From an uncultured Verrucomicrobiae bacterium (GTDB taxonomy: Bacteria; Verrucomicrobiota; Verrucomicrobiia; Chthoniobacterales; Chthoniobacteraceae): a DNA stretch of 64,000 nt. Each line of letters begins with the position of its first letter. Positions within the stretch are counted from its first letter, which is position 1. Below, in pieces: positions 18,051 through 29,926 of the stretch. The notes under the pieces are model-generated. The model was not told the DNA's origin and did no database searches. It was given only the letters and a program-made list of their open reading frames with translations. Both the position numbers and the translations under genes were made by a program. The DNA is taken from NCBI GenBank assembly GCA_963828525.1, contig CAWHEP010000002.1, positions 352,001 to 416,000 of the forward strand, in the 5' to 3' direction.

Positions 18051-21000
18051 TTGGTTAACTCAAAGGAAGGTGTGTTCCATCCGCTCACCATGATCTTGGG
18101 TCGATCACCCTGGAGGGCGGTCGAATCAAATTCGACTTGGATTTGCCGCGTCTCATGCGGGAGTAATGACACGTAATTGTCCTCATAAAAGGCGGGGAGA
18201 ATACGTTCGTTGGGCTTATTGGATTTGACCACTTTAAGACAAACCATCAGCGCGACATTCGTCGTGGGATTTTCGAGGTTAACGTTGAGCCTGACTTTTC
18301 CTTCTTCGTCTTTCTCCGTGAAGGAGCCAGTGAGATTAACTTTCGGCATATCGTTCAAGGTCAAATACTGATCTTCCTTGATTCCTCTCCAATAAAAATT
18401 CTCTGAGAGAGTTTGGGAGCCGCTCTTAAGGACAAGTTTGATGAAATGGACGGGACTTAAATCGGCCGGGAACGTCAAGGCGAAGCAGTCGGTGGCAATC
18501 CCGTTGGCGGACGAATCGATTTGCGCCTCCTGCTGCGCTTTCTGCGTGCCATCCATATTGTAAATCCAGGCCTCGGCGTGGAGATCTTTGAAGTCCTGAC
18601 CGGTGTTGTTGGCTACCTTGATCTCGTTGCTAAAGGGGTCCCACAAGATGTGGAGGGGCTCATTCGCGATTCTCACGCCAAAGTATGCGGCGGTGGGATT
18701 CAGGTAGTAGTCATAGAGTTGGCAAATCAAGGACGGCCAGGCGGGGTGAGACATCCAGATCAGACAGCCGCTGCCGGAAAGGCTTCTCCACGATTCCATC
18801 ATCGCTTTGGCGTTCTCCCAGTTCTCCATTTGCGCTTTCAGACAAAAGTCGTCCAGCCCTTGCGAGCGACCGTAAGACTTATCGATCCTTGCCTTATAGA
18901 CAGGGCACCGGGCTTGAAAAAAATCGTGAACGGCCCACATGTCGTTGATGGGCCAAAGGTCCTTTTCCGGCATCATCAGGCGCATGGAATCGGCAGTGGG
19001 CACAGTGACGATTCCCAACTCGCTGTGCAGAGTGGTCCCGATGCCGCCTGTCGCCTCACTGCCCTGACTTTTGGCGACGGCATTGTGAAAATACCAACTG
19101 TCGGGGTGAGGTTCATAGGGTCCGTGTCCGGTGACCAGGCCGCCAGCAGAATCTGGAATATAAAATCGCGTCCCATCAAGCTCCGCGGTCTCATGGGCCA
19201 TAGCCGCGTCCAAATCCTTTGGTGGCATTCCTTCGTTCTCTCCGCAATAAAGAGCCAGCGAGGGATGATTGCGAATGCGCAGGATCCGATCGCGAACATT
19301 ATCCATGAACATCTTGTGGTCATCAGGATTGACGCTCGAGAGCCAAAAATCATTCCAAACCAAAAGGCCGTATTTGTCACAGGCCTGAAAAAACTCATCT
19401 TTGCCTACATGCCCGATCCAATTTCGAATCATCGTCATGTGCATTTCTTTGTGCAGGCGGACGGCAATATCATAATCCCTGGCCTCATATCGCAACATCG
19501 TCTCGTCCATGCCCCAATTGCCGCCGTTGAGTTGGATGCGCTGACCGTTACAAAATATTTTTAGAATGTTGTCGGATGTATCATAGGTCAGTTCTCGAAT
19601 GCCGAAGACGACTTCCTTTTGACTACTAGGGGCATCCCCGGTCGTAACGATCAGATTCAGGTGCTGAAGAGGCTGCCCACCGTAACCATTCGGCCACCAC
19701 AAGGCGGGGTTTGCCAGGCTTAGCTGAGGGAATGAGGATTTATCCAAGGTCAAGTTCTTGGTCTCCTTCGGCGCCAATTCCACTTTTTGGGTGAAGGACA
19801 TGTTTTCAAGGGTTCCACTAACAGCGCCTTCCACCGGCTTGTTTTCGAGGTTTCTTACGCTCAGCTTGAGCGTAAGATCGGCTTGTTTCCGATCTTTAGA
19901 AACGGTCGACTCGACAAACGGATCCGCTAGAACGAGCGGCCCGGTTTGTTCCAAGTAAACATGATCCCAAATGCCGATGTCGCGCCCGCGAATAGTGGGC
20001 ATCCAGTTCCACCCGATACTGGCTTGAAAGGTGGGCTCGTCCTTCCCGAGAACACCTCCGTTACGACTGTCTTTCCCCAGCGATTTTTCATGGGTTGCAC
20101 CCGGGTTGGCCACTTTATGGATGAGAACGGCAAGCGCATTCGTCCGCCCCGGCAACAGGTTCTGGGTTACGTCGAAGACTCCGCGGGAAAACGCGCCATC
20201 GATATGTCCGACATGAACACCGTTAAGATAAATGTCCGCCTTCCAGTTGATCCCTTCGAAATTCAAGAGGAAATGTTGGTCTGGGGCAACGACGGTTGTT
20301 TGAAATTCCCGGCGATACCAAAAATCGTTCTGGAAAAAGGACTCGGAGACCAAGTGCTGTTGGTCGCCGAAATTTGGATCGGGAACCGCTCCGTCCGCGA
20401 GATAGTTGGCAAGAACGGTGCCAGGAATTTTGGCTGGCAACCAGCCGTCTGTGGGATAGCCCGCCTTGGAAATGACCTCCCCAGAGTCGTGGGTGAACAG
20501 CGTGTTTTGGATTTTCCATTGATTGCCATCAAGGGAGATTTTGTTGTCATGGTCCTTGCCGGGGAGAGTTAGGTCCACCGGCGGCGTGGCAGGCAGCGAC
20601 TCACCCAGGACGGTGAATTCCGCAAGTTGGCAACCTCCGGGGGCTGACCCAGCATCGGCGAGCATTCGGACATAACAAGCATTGGTTTCGGTCAAGTGAA
20701 CTTCGCTGGTTTGCGATGCTGTGCATGCCGTATGAACAACCGGCTTCCAAGTTGTGGGGCCTGTATTTTCATTCGAAATCTGAATCGTGCAGCCGGAGGG
20801 AACTAGGGGTCCCCAAGCCAGCTTAATGCCGCTGATTTTCCGCGATTGCCCTAAATCGACATAAATCCACGGTTGGTTCTCAATGCTGCTCTGCCAAAAC
20901 GTATCTAAACTTCCATCTGTGGCCAAATGAGCAACATTGTCGTAGTTGATGGCACTGGACTGATAGGCGGCCCGCTGCAGAGCGACGTTTGTTTCCACCC

Positions 21001-21115
21001 GCGTTTGGGCCTTCACCGATCCCGAATGAAGGATGAAGGACCAAATGGCCACCCCCAGCGCGTTAACGCACAAGCTGGAACTTGGTCTCCAAGACAAAGA
21101 AGAAGATGGGCTCAT
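18047..21115 (-). CDS. GH2 glycoside hydrolase with N-terminal F5/8 type C (CBM32) domain
   Basis: N-terminal NVAL.R...QSS...ATDG...T.W...WI.VDLG; GWNW, LWWPNGYG, YCGENE, SELG. Confidence 0.9.
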   Translation of the reverse strand: MSPSSSLSWRPSSSLCVNALGVAIWSFILHSGSVKAQTRVETNVALQRAAYQSSAINYDNVAHLATDGSLDTFWQSSIENQPWIYVDLGQSRKISGIKLAWGPLVPSGCTIQISNENTGPTTWKPVVHTACTASQTSEVHLTETNACYVRMLADAGSAPGGCQLAEFTVLGESLPATPPVDLTLPGKDHDNKISLDGNQWKIQNTLFTHDSGEVISKAGYPTDGWLPAKIPGTVLANYLADGAVPDPNFGDQQHLVSESFFQNDFWYRREFQTTVVAPDQHFLLNFEGINWKADIYLNGVHVGHIDGAFSRGVFDVTQNLLPGRTNALAVLIHKVANPGATHEKSLGKDSRNGGVLGKDEPTFQASIGWNWMPTIRGRDIGIWDHVYLEQTGPLVLADPFVESTVSKDRKQADLTLKLSVRNLENKPVEGAVSGTLENMSFTQKVELAPKETKNLTLDKSSFPQLSLANPALWWPNGYGGQPLQHLNLIVTTGDAPSSQKEVVFGIRELTYDTSDNILKIFCNGQRIQLNGGNWGMDETMLRYEARDYDIAVRLHKEMHMTMIRNWIGHVGKDEFFQACDKYGLLVWNDFWLSSVNPDDHKMFMDNVRDRILRIRNHPSLALYCGENEGMPPKDLDAAMAHETAELDGTRFYIPDSAGGLVTGHGPYEPHPDSWYFHNAVAKSQGSEATGGIGTTLHSELGIVTVPTADSMRLMMPEKDLWPINDMWAVHDFFQARCPVYKARIDKSYGRSQGLDDFCLKAQMENWENAKAMMESWRSLSGSGCLIWMSHPAWPSLICQLYDYYLNPTAAYFGVRIANEPLHILWDPFSNEIKVANNTGQDFKDLHAEAWIYNMDGTQKAQQEAQIDSSANGIATDCFALTFPADLSPVHFIKLVLKSGSQTLSENFYWRGIKEDQYLTLNDMPKVNLTGSFTEKDEEGKVRLNVNLENPTTNVALMVCLKVVKSNKPNERILPAFYEDNYVSLLPHETRQIQVEFDSTALQGDRPKIMVSGWNTPSFELTK

Positions 21116-22144
21116 GGAATTGGATTAAACCGGGATTTCCCATTTGACCTGATGTTCACGGTTTTCAAGTGGTTGTTTCCGGCGTTTTCATGATATTTCT
21201 GCCGACGCGGGCCGTCGTCAAGCCTTCTCCTAAGTCCCAAGAGGTAGCAATTTGGTGATATTGGCCCGTTTTCCGACGATTTTGCTCGCTGGTCGGCCTT
21301 CTTGGCAAATGAATTGGACCATGTCAAAAAGGCGGGTCCATCCGGACGCCCCGGACGGTGAATCCTTACCCATCAAGAACAATAGCAAAGCTCAATGGGA
21401 CACCGATCTGGAAATTGTCGATAATCCAGATCACACAATCCCAAAACGGACTCGAATATACCTACGTCAATCGAGCACGATCTCAGCATTTCGAATGATG
21501 ACCTCGGCCCCAGCGGTACCACATACGATGCAATGACCAGGCGGACCCTTTTTCACTACTGTGATGCTTTCACCATCCTCAAACCTCGGTGGGCTAGTGG
21601 AACAATCCAACCTGTAGATGCCGGTGGCACCCTTGGGGATGGACTGGCGGGATCTTTTCATGGAGCATGTACAGATGAACACTGGAGGCTCTGGATGTCC
21701 AATCGAAAATGCCGACTGCCCCAAGGATCGCCTATACGGGCGGATGTCGCCGGAGCCGCTGTGGTGACACCCCTGGATTCAGGCGAAAGGGGGTTTTCCC
21801 AACATCAGTGACATCGATGAGCGTCGGTGAACATGAGCTCAGGCAAATCTGCCTGTTTTCGGGTCTGATCTTCTCGGGTTTTGGCCGGTGTGGAGGCGAT
21901 CCTGGGCCGTCTTCAATGTGACCAAATCAGGCTCGGGAGACCTCCCCTTACTCGGGCTTCGCCGCGGAGTTCTATCGACGAAGCCCGCGTCCACGAAAGG
22001 TATAAGGCTTGGAAGAAGAGGTGCATTTCGACATCAGTGACATCCTGAAACACCCGAAAATATCGATGATATGTTATGACTCTGCGTTATGACTGGGCAC
22101 TGAAAAAGCAGTCGTTTGCCACGTAGCCCTAATGGATACAGGGT

Positions 22145-22218
22145 TGGAGCGGGTGAAGGGAATCGAACCCTCGTGTCCAGCTTGGGAAGCTGGCGTTCTA
22201 CCATTGAACTACACCCGC
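22145..22218 (-). tRNA. tRNA-Gly (CCC)
   Basis: GCGGGTGTAGTTCAATGGTAGAACGCCAGCTTCCCAAGCTGGACACGAGGGTTCGATTCCCTTCACCCGCTCCA: full cloverleaf, anticodon CCC, encoded CCA. Confidence 0.97.
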
Positions 22219-22251
22219 GAATGCGGCAGGACCCCGCCGACACTTTCCCGT

Positions 22252-22911
22252 TTACTGCCAGGAAAGAACGTCGTCAAACTTTGGATTGGCCGACCACTCG
22301 ATTCTCCGGCGGCGCCGAATTGAGTGTCGGGGCCGTAGGACCAGACGGCCACGCCGGTCAGTGAGCGGTGTTTTGCGGCGTGGTCGCTATGTTGGTGTAG
22401 GGGACTATGATGAAGCCTTGGTATTCTTTATCGATGGCCACGCATATAGGTTTACCCCACGGATCGTAATAGCATGGGCCGTAGTTCCATCGGCGGTGCC
22501 GATGCCACCTTTGGGCGTGGTGGTGCTCTTGGCAAAGGGAACGTCGAGGTAAGCGACCTGGCGGGGATTTTCGTTAGGTCGTTTCGATGGCGGAAGTCAG
22601 CTCGCAAGGCGTCGAAAGCAGGTTGTTGGGTAATCGGGAGCCGATTGGTGCGTTTGGGTCGCCTAGTCATCGGCCCCGTTAGCGGCGTCGGTCACAGTGG
22701 TGGGCCTGACGGGGATATTGGCCGTAGTCGGTGTAGAACATTTTAACGGCGGTCACGATCTGGGACTCGTCGTTTTTGGCCTGGGCTTTGCGGGCGGTAT
22801 TTTTGGCCGCGATAATGGCGGGAAAGAGCAGGCCCATGAGGATCGCGATGATGGCGATCACGGTGAGCAATTCGATGAGCGTGAATCCAGAACGCCGGGG
22901 AGGGGGTGCAT
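22252..22911 (-). CDS. Prepilin-type (T2SS pseudopilin-like) protein, frameshifted
   Basis: SG|FTLIELLTVIAIIAILMGLLFP; later frames give VWSYGPD and DDVLSWQ-stop. Confidence 0.8.
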
Positions 22912-23039
22912 GGCTCCAATTTAGCAGGGCAGCAAGGCTTGCAAGCTTGCCCTGCCGCGAGAGGGCGGTGGGAGCGGGCGAATGGTGTGGGCATTATGGG
23001 CCGCCTTGCTTTTTGCGGGGATGGCGTCCACTTCCCGGC

Positions 23040-23922
23040 ATGGAAATGGCCGATGGGGCGACTGCAGCCTTTGCGGGAATGGATGCATTTGGCGGCGGAT
23101 GGCACAGGGCTTTTCCTCCGGTCGATGGAGGCACAGGAGCGCGAAAAGGGATGGTGCTGATGGTGCACGGGTTTGGCGAATATTCCGGGCGGTATCTCCA
23201 TGTGATGAGGAAGCTGGCGGCGGCGGGGTTTTCAGCAGTGGCGATGGATTTGCGGGGGCATGGCCGCTCCGAGGGGGCGCGGGGGGATATCGCTTCCTAT
23301 GAGGTGCTACTGGAAGATCTGCGGGAGGTTTGGGTGAAGGTGACGGGGGCGGAGGGCAGGGGAAAAGCTGCCGGCGTTTCTTTATGGCCACAGCCTGGGA
23401 GGGCAGATCGTTTTGAATTTTGCGGCAGGCATATCGGCCGGGGGCGGCGGGCCTGGTGGTGACCTCGCCGTGGCTGCGCCTGGCTTTTGCGCCGGAGCGC
23501 TGGAAGGTGGCCCTGGCGTGGCTGGCGGCTCGGGTCTGGCCGGGATTCATGCAGGGGGTGGCGGTGCGGCCGGAGCGGCTCTCGCGGGATCTGGATTTCC
23601 TGCGGCGATGCCGGATCTGCAGCTGGCGCATCACCGCATGTCGGCGCGCATGTACCGGTTATTCACGACGGGGGCGGAGCGGGCGAGGACGGCAGCACGC
23701 TCGCTGGCCTGCCCGATCCTGCTGGTGCACGGGAGCCTGGATCGGCGTGACTTCGGTCGAGGCGACGCAGGAGTTTTTCCGGGAGCTGAAGAGCGAGGAC
23801 AAGACTCTCGCCATCCTCCCGGAGGGCTGCACGAAACGCATAACGATCTCTGCCGGGAGGAGGTGTTCGATCACATCATGGCCTGGCTGCTGCGGCAAGT
23901 GCGGCAGCCAGGGCGGAGTTAG
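23040..23922 (+). CDS. Alpha/beta hydrolase (lysophospholipase/monoacylglycerol lipase-like), frameshifted
   Basis: VHGFGEYSGRY, DLRGHGRSEG, YGHSLGG, LLVHG..D, LHETHND across frames. Confidence 0.85.
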
Positions 23923-23930
23923 CGAACCCG

Positions 23931-24240
23931 CTACAGGAGCGGGGCTTGCGAAGTTTCTTCGCGGCTGAGCGATCGAGCAGCTTGGCCACGGCGGCTGCCG
24001 ACCAGGAGCAGGGCGGCGAAGAGATAGAGGTTCGTGTTGGAGCGCACGTGGCCGAGGACCAGTTCTTCGGCGGAGAGGAGGTTTTTGCTGCCGGTGCGCA
24101 GGCCGTGGCGGGCGCGGGCGGCGGCTTCATCGGCGGCGGATTTTCGCCTGGTCGCCCCACTCGTCGGTAGCAGTTTGCGCTTTTTCCACGCCATCGTTGA
24201 ACAGGTGGCTCAGTCGATTGATTTCGTGTTTGAGGTTCAT
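23931..24240 (-). CDS. Small tail-anchored membrane protein (ElaB/DUF883-like architecture), frameshifted
   Basis: MNLKHEINRLSHLF...helical segment...HVRSNTNLYLFAALLLVG. Confidence 0.45.
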
Positions 24241-24305
24241 GGATTTTCGGGTTCGATTTTTAAGGGATGAGCATTGCCCCGATCAGTATCGGTTTTGCGG
24301 GAGGC

Positions 24306-25422
24306 TTACGGTTTTACGGTTTCCCCGAGCGGAGGCCGGCGAGGGGCGCGCCGTAGCCGGTCAGTTCCATGTAGCCGTGGCCTGCGACAGGCGGAGCCCG
24401 CGCGCCGGGCCGAGACGTGGATCAGGCCCTCCCAGTAAGCGAGGGAGGGGAGGGCGAGTTCCTGGTCGCGCAGGGGGGTGGAGATCTCCGCGGCGAGGTC
24501 GAGCCGGGGAATCTCCAGCCGCCAGCGGATGGGGTAGTTCGCGCCGCTGGCGGGGCTGCGCCACCACGTCGAGCGGCGTGAGCCGGTAGTCGCCGGCCGA
24601 CCAGGTGCAGGGTGGCGCCGTCCTTTGCAACGAAGGTGCCGCTGGAGGCGGCATCGATGGCGCCGCTGCGGAGGCGCATCTGGTAGAGCATGAGTTCCGT
24701 GCCGTCGGCGAGCTGCAGGGAGAACCAGTTCCATCCGGCCTGGCCGGGGGCGAGCTGGTTGGTCGCCCATTCGTGGTCGAACCAGGTCTCGCCCGCGACC
24801 GGCAGCGGCGGCTGGGACGGGAAGGGTGAGAATGCCCGGTCGTTTTCATGCGGGTGAGCGAGTAGTAGCAGGAGGCGTGGCCGTCGCCGGCGGCTTTTTG
24901 GCTGATGCCGTGCTCGCCTTCGATAACGGGGGGCTTTTGCGACACGAGCTGGAGCTCCAGGGTGCGGCCTTCGCTCGTGGCGGTAATGCGCCAGCTTCCA
25001 TCCGGCTGCACGGTGAGCCGCCAGTCGTCGATCCAGGCCAGCGGGCCGGGCGAGCCATCGCCGAAGCCGGCTTCGCCGAAGGCGCCGCGCGCGACTTTTT
25101 GCGAGAAGTAGAAATGGCCCGGCGGCGATATCCGAGATGGCGAAATGGGCGAATTTGAAATCGCGCACCAGGAAGCGCGAGGCGGCCGGGTCGCGCTCCG
25201 GAAGGACGCCCTGGCGGAACCAGGTGAGCTGGTAGCCGAATTCGCGCCCCGCCGGGCGTGCGGAGGTTTCCGGTGAAGTACCACCACTCGGTTTTGAAGC
25301 GGGGGTGGATGCCATCGTCGCGTGGGAAGGAGTAGGTGGCGCCCGGGCGCGCGAGGTGCCAGCCATGGGGGCCGGGTGCGCGGCGCACCCAGAGGAGAAG
25401 GGAGCCAGGAAAAGGGGCGCAT
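24306..25422 (-). CDS. AttH/CrtC-like lipocalin-domain secreted protein, frameshifted
   Basis: FPRD.G.HP.FKTEWWYFTGNL, FGYQLTWFR, YYSLTRM, WFDHEW, GWNWFSLQL, YWEG. Confidence 0.85.
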
Positions 25423-25426
25423 GGTG

Positions 25427-27985
25427 TCATTCCTCCCGGAGCGCGGCGGCGATGGGCACGCGCGCGGCCTGCCGGGCGGGAAGAATGGCCGCGAGCATGG
25501 CCGCGCCGACGATCCAGAGCGGGGTGGTGGCGATGAAGAGCACGGGGAATTGCAGCTCGATGGTCCAGCCGAAGAAGGCCTTGTTCACCACCCAGGTGAG
25601 CACCATGGCGAGGCAGAGACCGGATGCCACGCCGAGCCCGCTGGCCACTGCTCCGAGCACCGCGGCCTCGCCGAGCAGCATGGCGCCGATCTGGCGGCGG
25701 GAGCCGCCGATGGCGCGCAGAATGCCGATCTCGCGTTCGCGTTCGATGACGAGCGCCGTGAGCGACAGGAACAGGCCGACGATGGCCACGAGAATGGCGA
25801 TGGTGCGCAGGATGCCGGTGACGGCGAAGGTCTGGTCGAAGATCGCCAGGATGCGCCGCGCAACGCGGAGTTCGCATAGACAAGCAGGCCGCCGCCCTGC
25901 CGGCGGAGGCGCCCGGCGACGGCGGCGGGATCCGCGCCGGGGCGGAGGTAAAGCGCGGCGGAGTTGACGCCGGGATCGTGCCAGTAGCGGTCGAAGAGGG
26001 AGCGATCCATCATGATCAAGCCGCGATCGCTCGTGTAGTCGTAATAGACGCCGGCGATGCGGAAGGGCTTGAGGCCCGCGGGGGTGAGGAGGTCGAGCAG
26101 GGTCCGCCCTCGCCCACGGCGTGCTTGCGGGCGAAGGTTTCGGTGACGATGACGGAGCCGGCGAAAAAGGCCTGCATCTTGGCGCGGTCGCGTCGTTGCA
26201 CAAAGCGGATATTGCGGCGGTCGGCGCCGGTCACAATGCCCAAGATCCACCGAGTCCATGGAGTCCACGGAGCGGAGACGGGTAGAATACTGGCGGTAGG
26301 TATCGAGCTCCTCCACGCCGGGATCGGCGGCGAGGGCGCGGAGGGTCTCGGGCGGGATGAAGGCGTGGAGGCCGATGACTTCGTTCGAGGCCGGGGCGAC
26401 GAAGAGATCGGCCACGATGCCGCGGGTGATCCAGCTTTCCACGCTCTGGCGGAAGGAGAAGATCATGACCGAGACGCCGATCATCATGGCGACGGCACAG
26501 GCCAGCGCGGCCACGGTGACGGCGCTGCGATGGATAGTCCGGCGGACATTTTCGCCCGCCATGCGGAGGATGGTGTGGCGCAGCGGAAGCGGCGAGGCGG
26601 CCGGCGGCGGCGGAAACGCCCGGGGCGAAGAGGGCGAAGCCGGCCATCACGAAAAAGGCGGCGGCAAAGGAAAGCCACGCGGCAGTGGTGCGCAGCGCGG
26701 CGGCGGAGCAGAGCCAGGCAAGCACGAGGAAGACCAGGCCTGCCGAGCGCCCAGAGCCAGGCATGGCCGCGCTGGAAACGCTCCAGGCGGGCGCCATGGC
26801 TGAGCGCGGCGATGGGGTCGGCTTTCGCGGCTTCATTCGCGGGCACCCAGGCGCCGACCAGGACGGAGGCCAGGCCAAGCGCGGCCGCGGCGGCAAAGGG
26901 GACGCCATCCCAAAAGCGGCGAGCGGATGCTGACGAGCAGGTAGAGCGAAGAGACGGTGCGCGCCACGGAACCGGCGAGGGCCTGCGCGAGCCCGACCCC
27001 GCCCACGATGCCGCCGGCGCCGTCGCCGAAGACGCCGAAGAAAAGGGCCTCGCCGAGGAAAAGGGCGCGCACTTCCGCGCGGGTGGCGCCGAGCGCGCGC
27101 AGGATGCCGATCTCCACCCGGCGGCGGGCGGTCGAGGCGAAGAGGGTGTTATAAATCAGGAACATGCCCACGAGCAGCGAGACGAGGCTGAGCGCGGTGA
27201 GGTTCAACTGGAAGGCGCCGAGCATCTTCTCGATTTGCAGGCTGCGCTGGCCGGGGGCGCCTCACCTGGGTATCCGCGGGGAGCAGAGCGGCTAGGGTGC
27301 GCTGCACCGCCTCCGGGTGGGCGGGATCGTCCAGGAGCAGTTGCACGGAGGAGAGCCGGCCGCGCCGCTGGAAGTTCTCCTGGGCCCAGCCGATATCCAT
27401 GGCGGCGATGGGCACGCCCGCGGAGCCGGCCGGGATGCCGCGCAGCGGGATGAGATTCGAGGATGGTGAAGATGCGCCGTGCGGCTATTGATGAGGAGGC
27501 GCAGGGAATCGCCGGGCCGCAGGCCGTGGACGCGGGCGAATTCATCGCTAATGGCGATGCCGTGCGGATTGGCCAGCCAGGGCTCGAGGTCAAAGGAATG
27601 GCCGCCGCCATCGCCGATCTCGAAAGTGCGGAACGGGGAATTGGTAAAGACATCGATGCCAAGGACGCGGAGGTATTCGCCGGGAAAATCGGGCGTGGTG
27701 GCGAGTTCCTCGATGACAGGAGTCGTGGCGCGAACGCCGGGGGCATGGGCGATGGCGGGAAAGAGAGCGTCATCGAGCGGGCCGCGGACTTCGAGTTGGG
27801 CTTTGCCGGCGACGATATCGACGCCGGCCTCGAAGCCGCGGGCGGCGCTGCGATTGGCGATCTGGATGGCGACGAAAACGGCCACGCCAAGGCCACGGCC
27901 AGAATATTCAGCGCGGCGAGCAGCCAGTGGCGGCGGATGTGGCGCCAGACCAGCCAGCGGAAGAGGAAAGGAAACGGGCGGGCAT
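25427..27985 (-). CDS. FtsX-like ABC transporter permease (AttF/G-type), multiple frameshifts
   Basis: AFQLNLTALSLVSLLVGMFLIYN, two EIGILRA.G motifs, IFDQTFAVT, VVNKAFFGWTI. Confidence 0.85.
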
Positions 27986-28348
27986 GGATTTCCTAGGAGA
28001 GTACGAATATGGGCGCGGGTAAGATTAAGATATCTAAAATTTACCGGAGAGTATGTGAAACAGGGCCGGACCTTTCATTCGGCAGATTTATGTAAGTAAC
28101 GTCTTGAAATCTTTACATGGCACGTCCTGGACATCAGGTCGCATTCGCTCGTTTCTTCCCTCCGCCTCCGCAACCGCTAAGTCGTCCGAAGTGAAACTCA
28201 GACAGCATCTTAAGCAATATTATGATTAAATTTTCCCCATCCCCCAGCTCGCAAAAAGCCCAACCGCTTCGGAATTCATACACGCGATTTTTCTCGATCA
28301 CCGTCTTGGTCCTTCTTTAAACAGGAGCTTCGCAACTGAACCAATATT

Positions 28349-29908
28349 GTGCCGGACCCTGAAATCTCAACCGACGAGAGAGCGGAAGCCCGCTTTCGCT
28401 CTTCGAAAACAGTGCCGTTGCAGCCGGACGCGAAGCGTGTGCCCCGTTCGCCCGTCAAATGGTTCCAATCGAGGGTTTCTCCCCGGGTTTTTCGCATTTG
28501 GTCGGTAACTCTTGCGGCACTATGGTTTTTGCTGGTCAACCCGGTCATCGATATTCTGCAGCAGAGGGCCCGCCCTCTGCCCGGAAGTTCAGATAACGAG
28601 GGACACCGGCTCGATTTTGGAGAATATTATGCTGCAGGGCTCGCAGTTCGGCACGGCTTGTGGGATTGCCTTTACCCAATTCCGAAGGCAGGGGTTTACG
28701 AAAATCCGCTGAAATTTTCCCCATCCTCAAAAACCTTCCTATTTACTGCTAATGCTGCTCATTCGACACAGAACTTTTACCCAAGCCTTGCGGCCCCTTG
28801 GGCTTCGGACTATAGCGAGAGGATTTTGGCGTATTGCCCCGAATTAGCCCATTCCTACTGGCGCTACATCCTGCCTCCGCCCTTCGCCTTGTTCCTGTGG
28901 CCTCTTGCCTATTTCGATTATCGGACGGCGGAGGAGGTCGTGGCTCCTATCCTTTTTAATTTCGCCCTTTTCGGCGTCTCGATCCTCTCGGCCCGCATGT
29001 ATCGCCTGCTGGAAGGGAATGATACTTATGTTGAGGGCCTGGTTGCGATCGCCTTCTGCATTTATGCGCTTCATGGCTTAACCACGATTGAAACCGGGAA
29101 CATCTCTCCAGTTCTTTCTTTCTTTATCTGCCTTGCCGTTTACGGCTGGATGAAGAAACGATATCTATGGCTGGCCGCAGCTATGATTCCCTTGCTGACA
29201 TCCAAGGCGCTGGTGGTGAATTGGTGTCCGTTATTGTTCATCCGGAGGGCATTCTGGAAGGGAGCAGCCGCCCTCGCCCTTTTTTCCATTGCTCTCAACG
29301 CTGCCACACTCTTTTTAGGCGGAAGCGGCATTTACCATCAATATTTTTCACTGGTTTTGCCAAAGATTGAAGTGCCAATAGGAGACGGTATTGCTCCGCG
29401 GCTCTTCTACTTTTATGGGCTTTACCCGAAGGAACTTTATTTATTACTGACCGGCGTCATTTGCGTGGCCATCTATGCCGGATTCAGGCGAAGCACATCA
29501 GATCCGCGTGGCATCAATTGGCCCTCAGCGATCGGCGCTGCGACCGCCGGCACGATGGCGGTCTTTTGCCTGTTTAATTTTTCAATTTGGGTCAATTACA
29601 TTTGGATGTACCTTTTTTTTCCCTTCTTGGGCTGGCTGGCATGGGAGGCGGTTCACGCGAGTGGAGCATGGAAAGCGATTATTAGAGGGGGTCTCTGGGC
29701 GTGTTATATTTGGCTGGTAAGTGAGAGATATGTCACCTCGGTTCTGTTCCGAGTTTACGGAATGCAAACGGCAACAAGCTACCATTTCATGGTGTTTTCC
29801 CAGGTTTGCTTCGCCGTATTCCCGGCTTTTTTTCTCCTGGTCGCCTTTCGGCGCCTCTTTTTTGCGCCGTTAATGGGCGCGGCAACTCAAAGTCAGCCGG
29901 CCGCCTGA
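28349..29908 (+). CDS. GT87-like (GT-C fold) integral membrane glycosyltransferase
   Basis: DFGEYYAAG..VR.G...LY, YILPPPFALFLWPL, GN.S; about 10 TM segments. Confidence 0.7.
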   Translation: MPDPEISTDERAEARFRSSKTVPLQPDAKRVPRSPVKWFQSRVSPRVFRIWSVTLAALWFLLVNPVIDILQQRARPLPGSSDNEGHRLDFGEYYAAGLAVRHGLWDCLYPIPKAGVYENPLKFSPSSKTFLFTANAAHSTQNFYPSLAAPWASDYSERILAYCPELAHSYWRYILPPPFALFLWPLAYFDYRTAEEVVAPILFNFALFGVSILSARMYRLLEGNDTYVEGLVAIAFCIYALHGLTTIETGNISPVLSFFICLAVYGWMKKRYLWLAAAMIPLLTSKALVVNWCPLLFIRRAFWKGAAALALFSIALNAATLFLGGSGIYHQYFSLVLPKIEVPIGDGIAPRLFYFYGLYPKELYLLLTGVICVAIYAGFRRSTSDPRGINWPSAIGAATAGTMAVFCLFNFSIWVNYIWMYLFFPFLGWLAWEAVHASGAWKAIIRGGLWACYIWLVSERYVTSVLFRVYGMQTATSYHFMVFSQVCFAVFPAFFLLVAFRRLFFAPLMGAATQSQPAA

Positions 29909-29926
29909 TATCATCTCGCCATTGCC

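Noticed and set aside
21200..21920. Short ORFs between the GH2 genes and the tRNA
   Set aside because: No recognisable family, no integrase motifs, inconsistent frames
28119..28134. TGGCACG as a sigma54 promoter for the glycosylation cluster
   Set aside because: No GC at the -12 position (GG-N10-AC)
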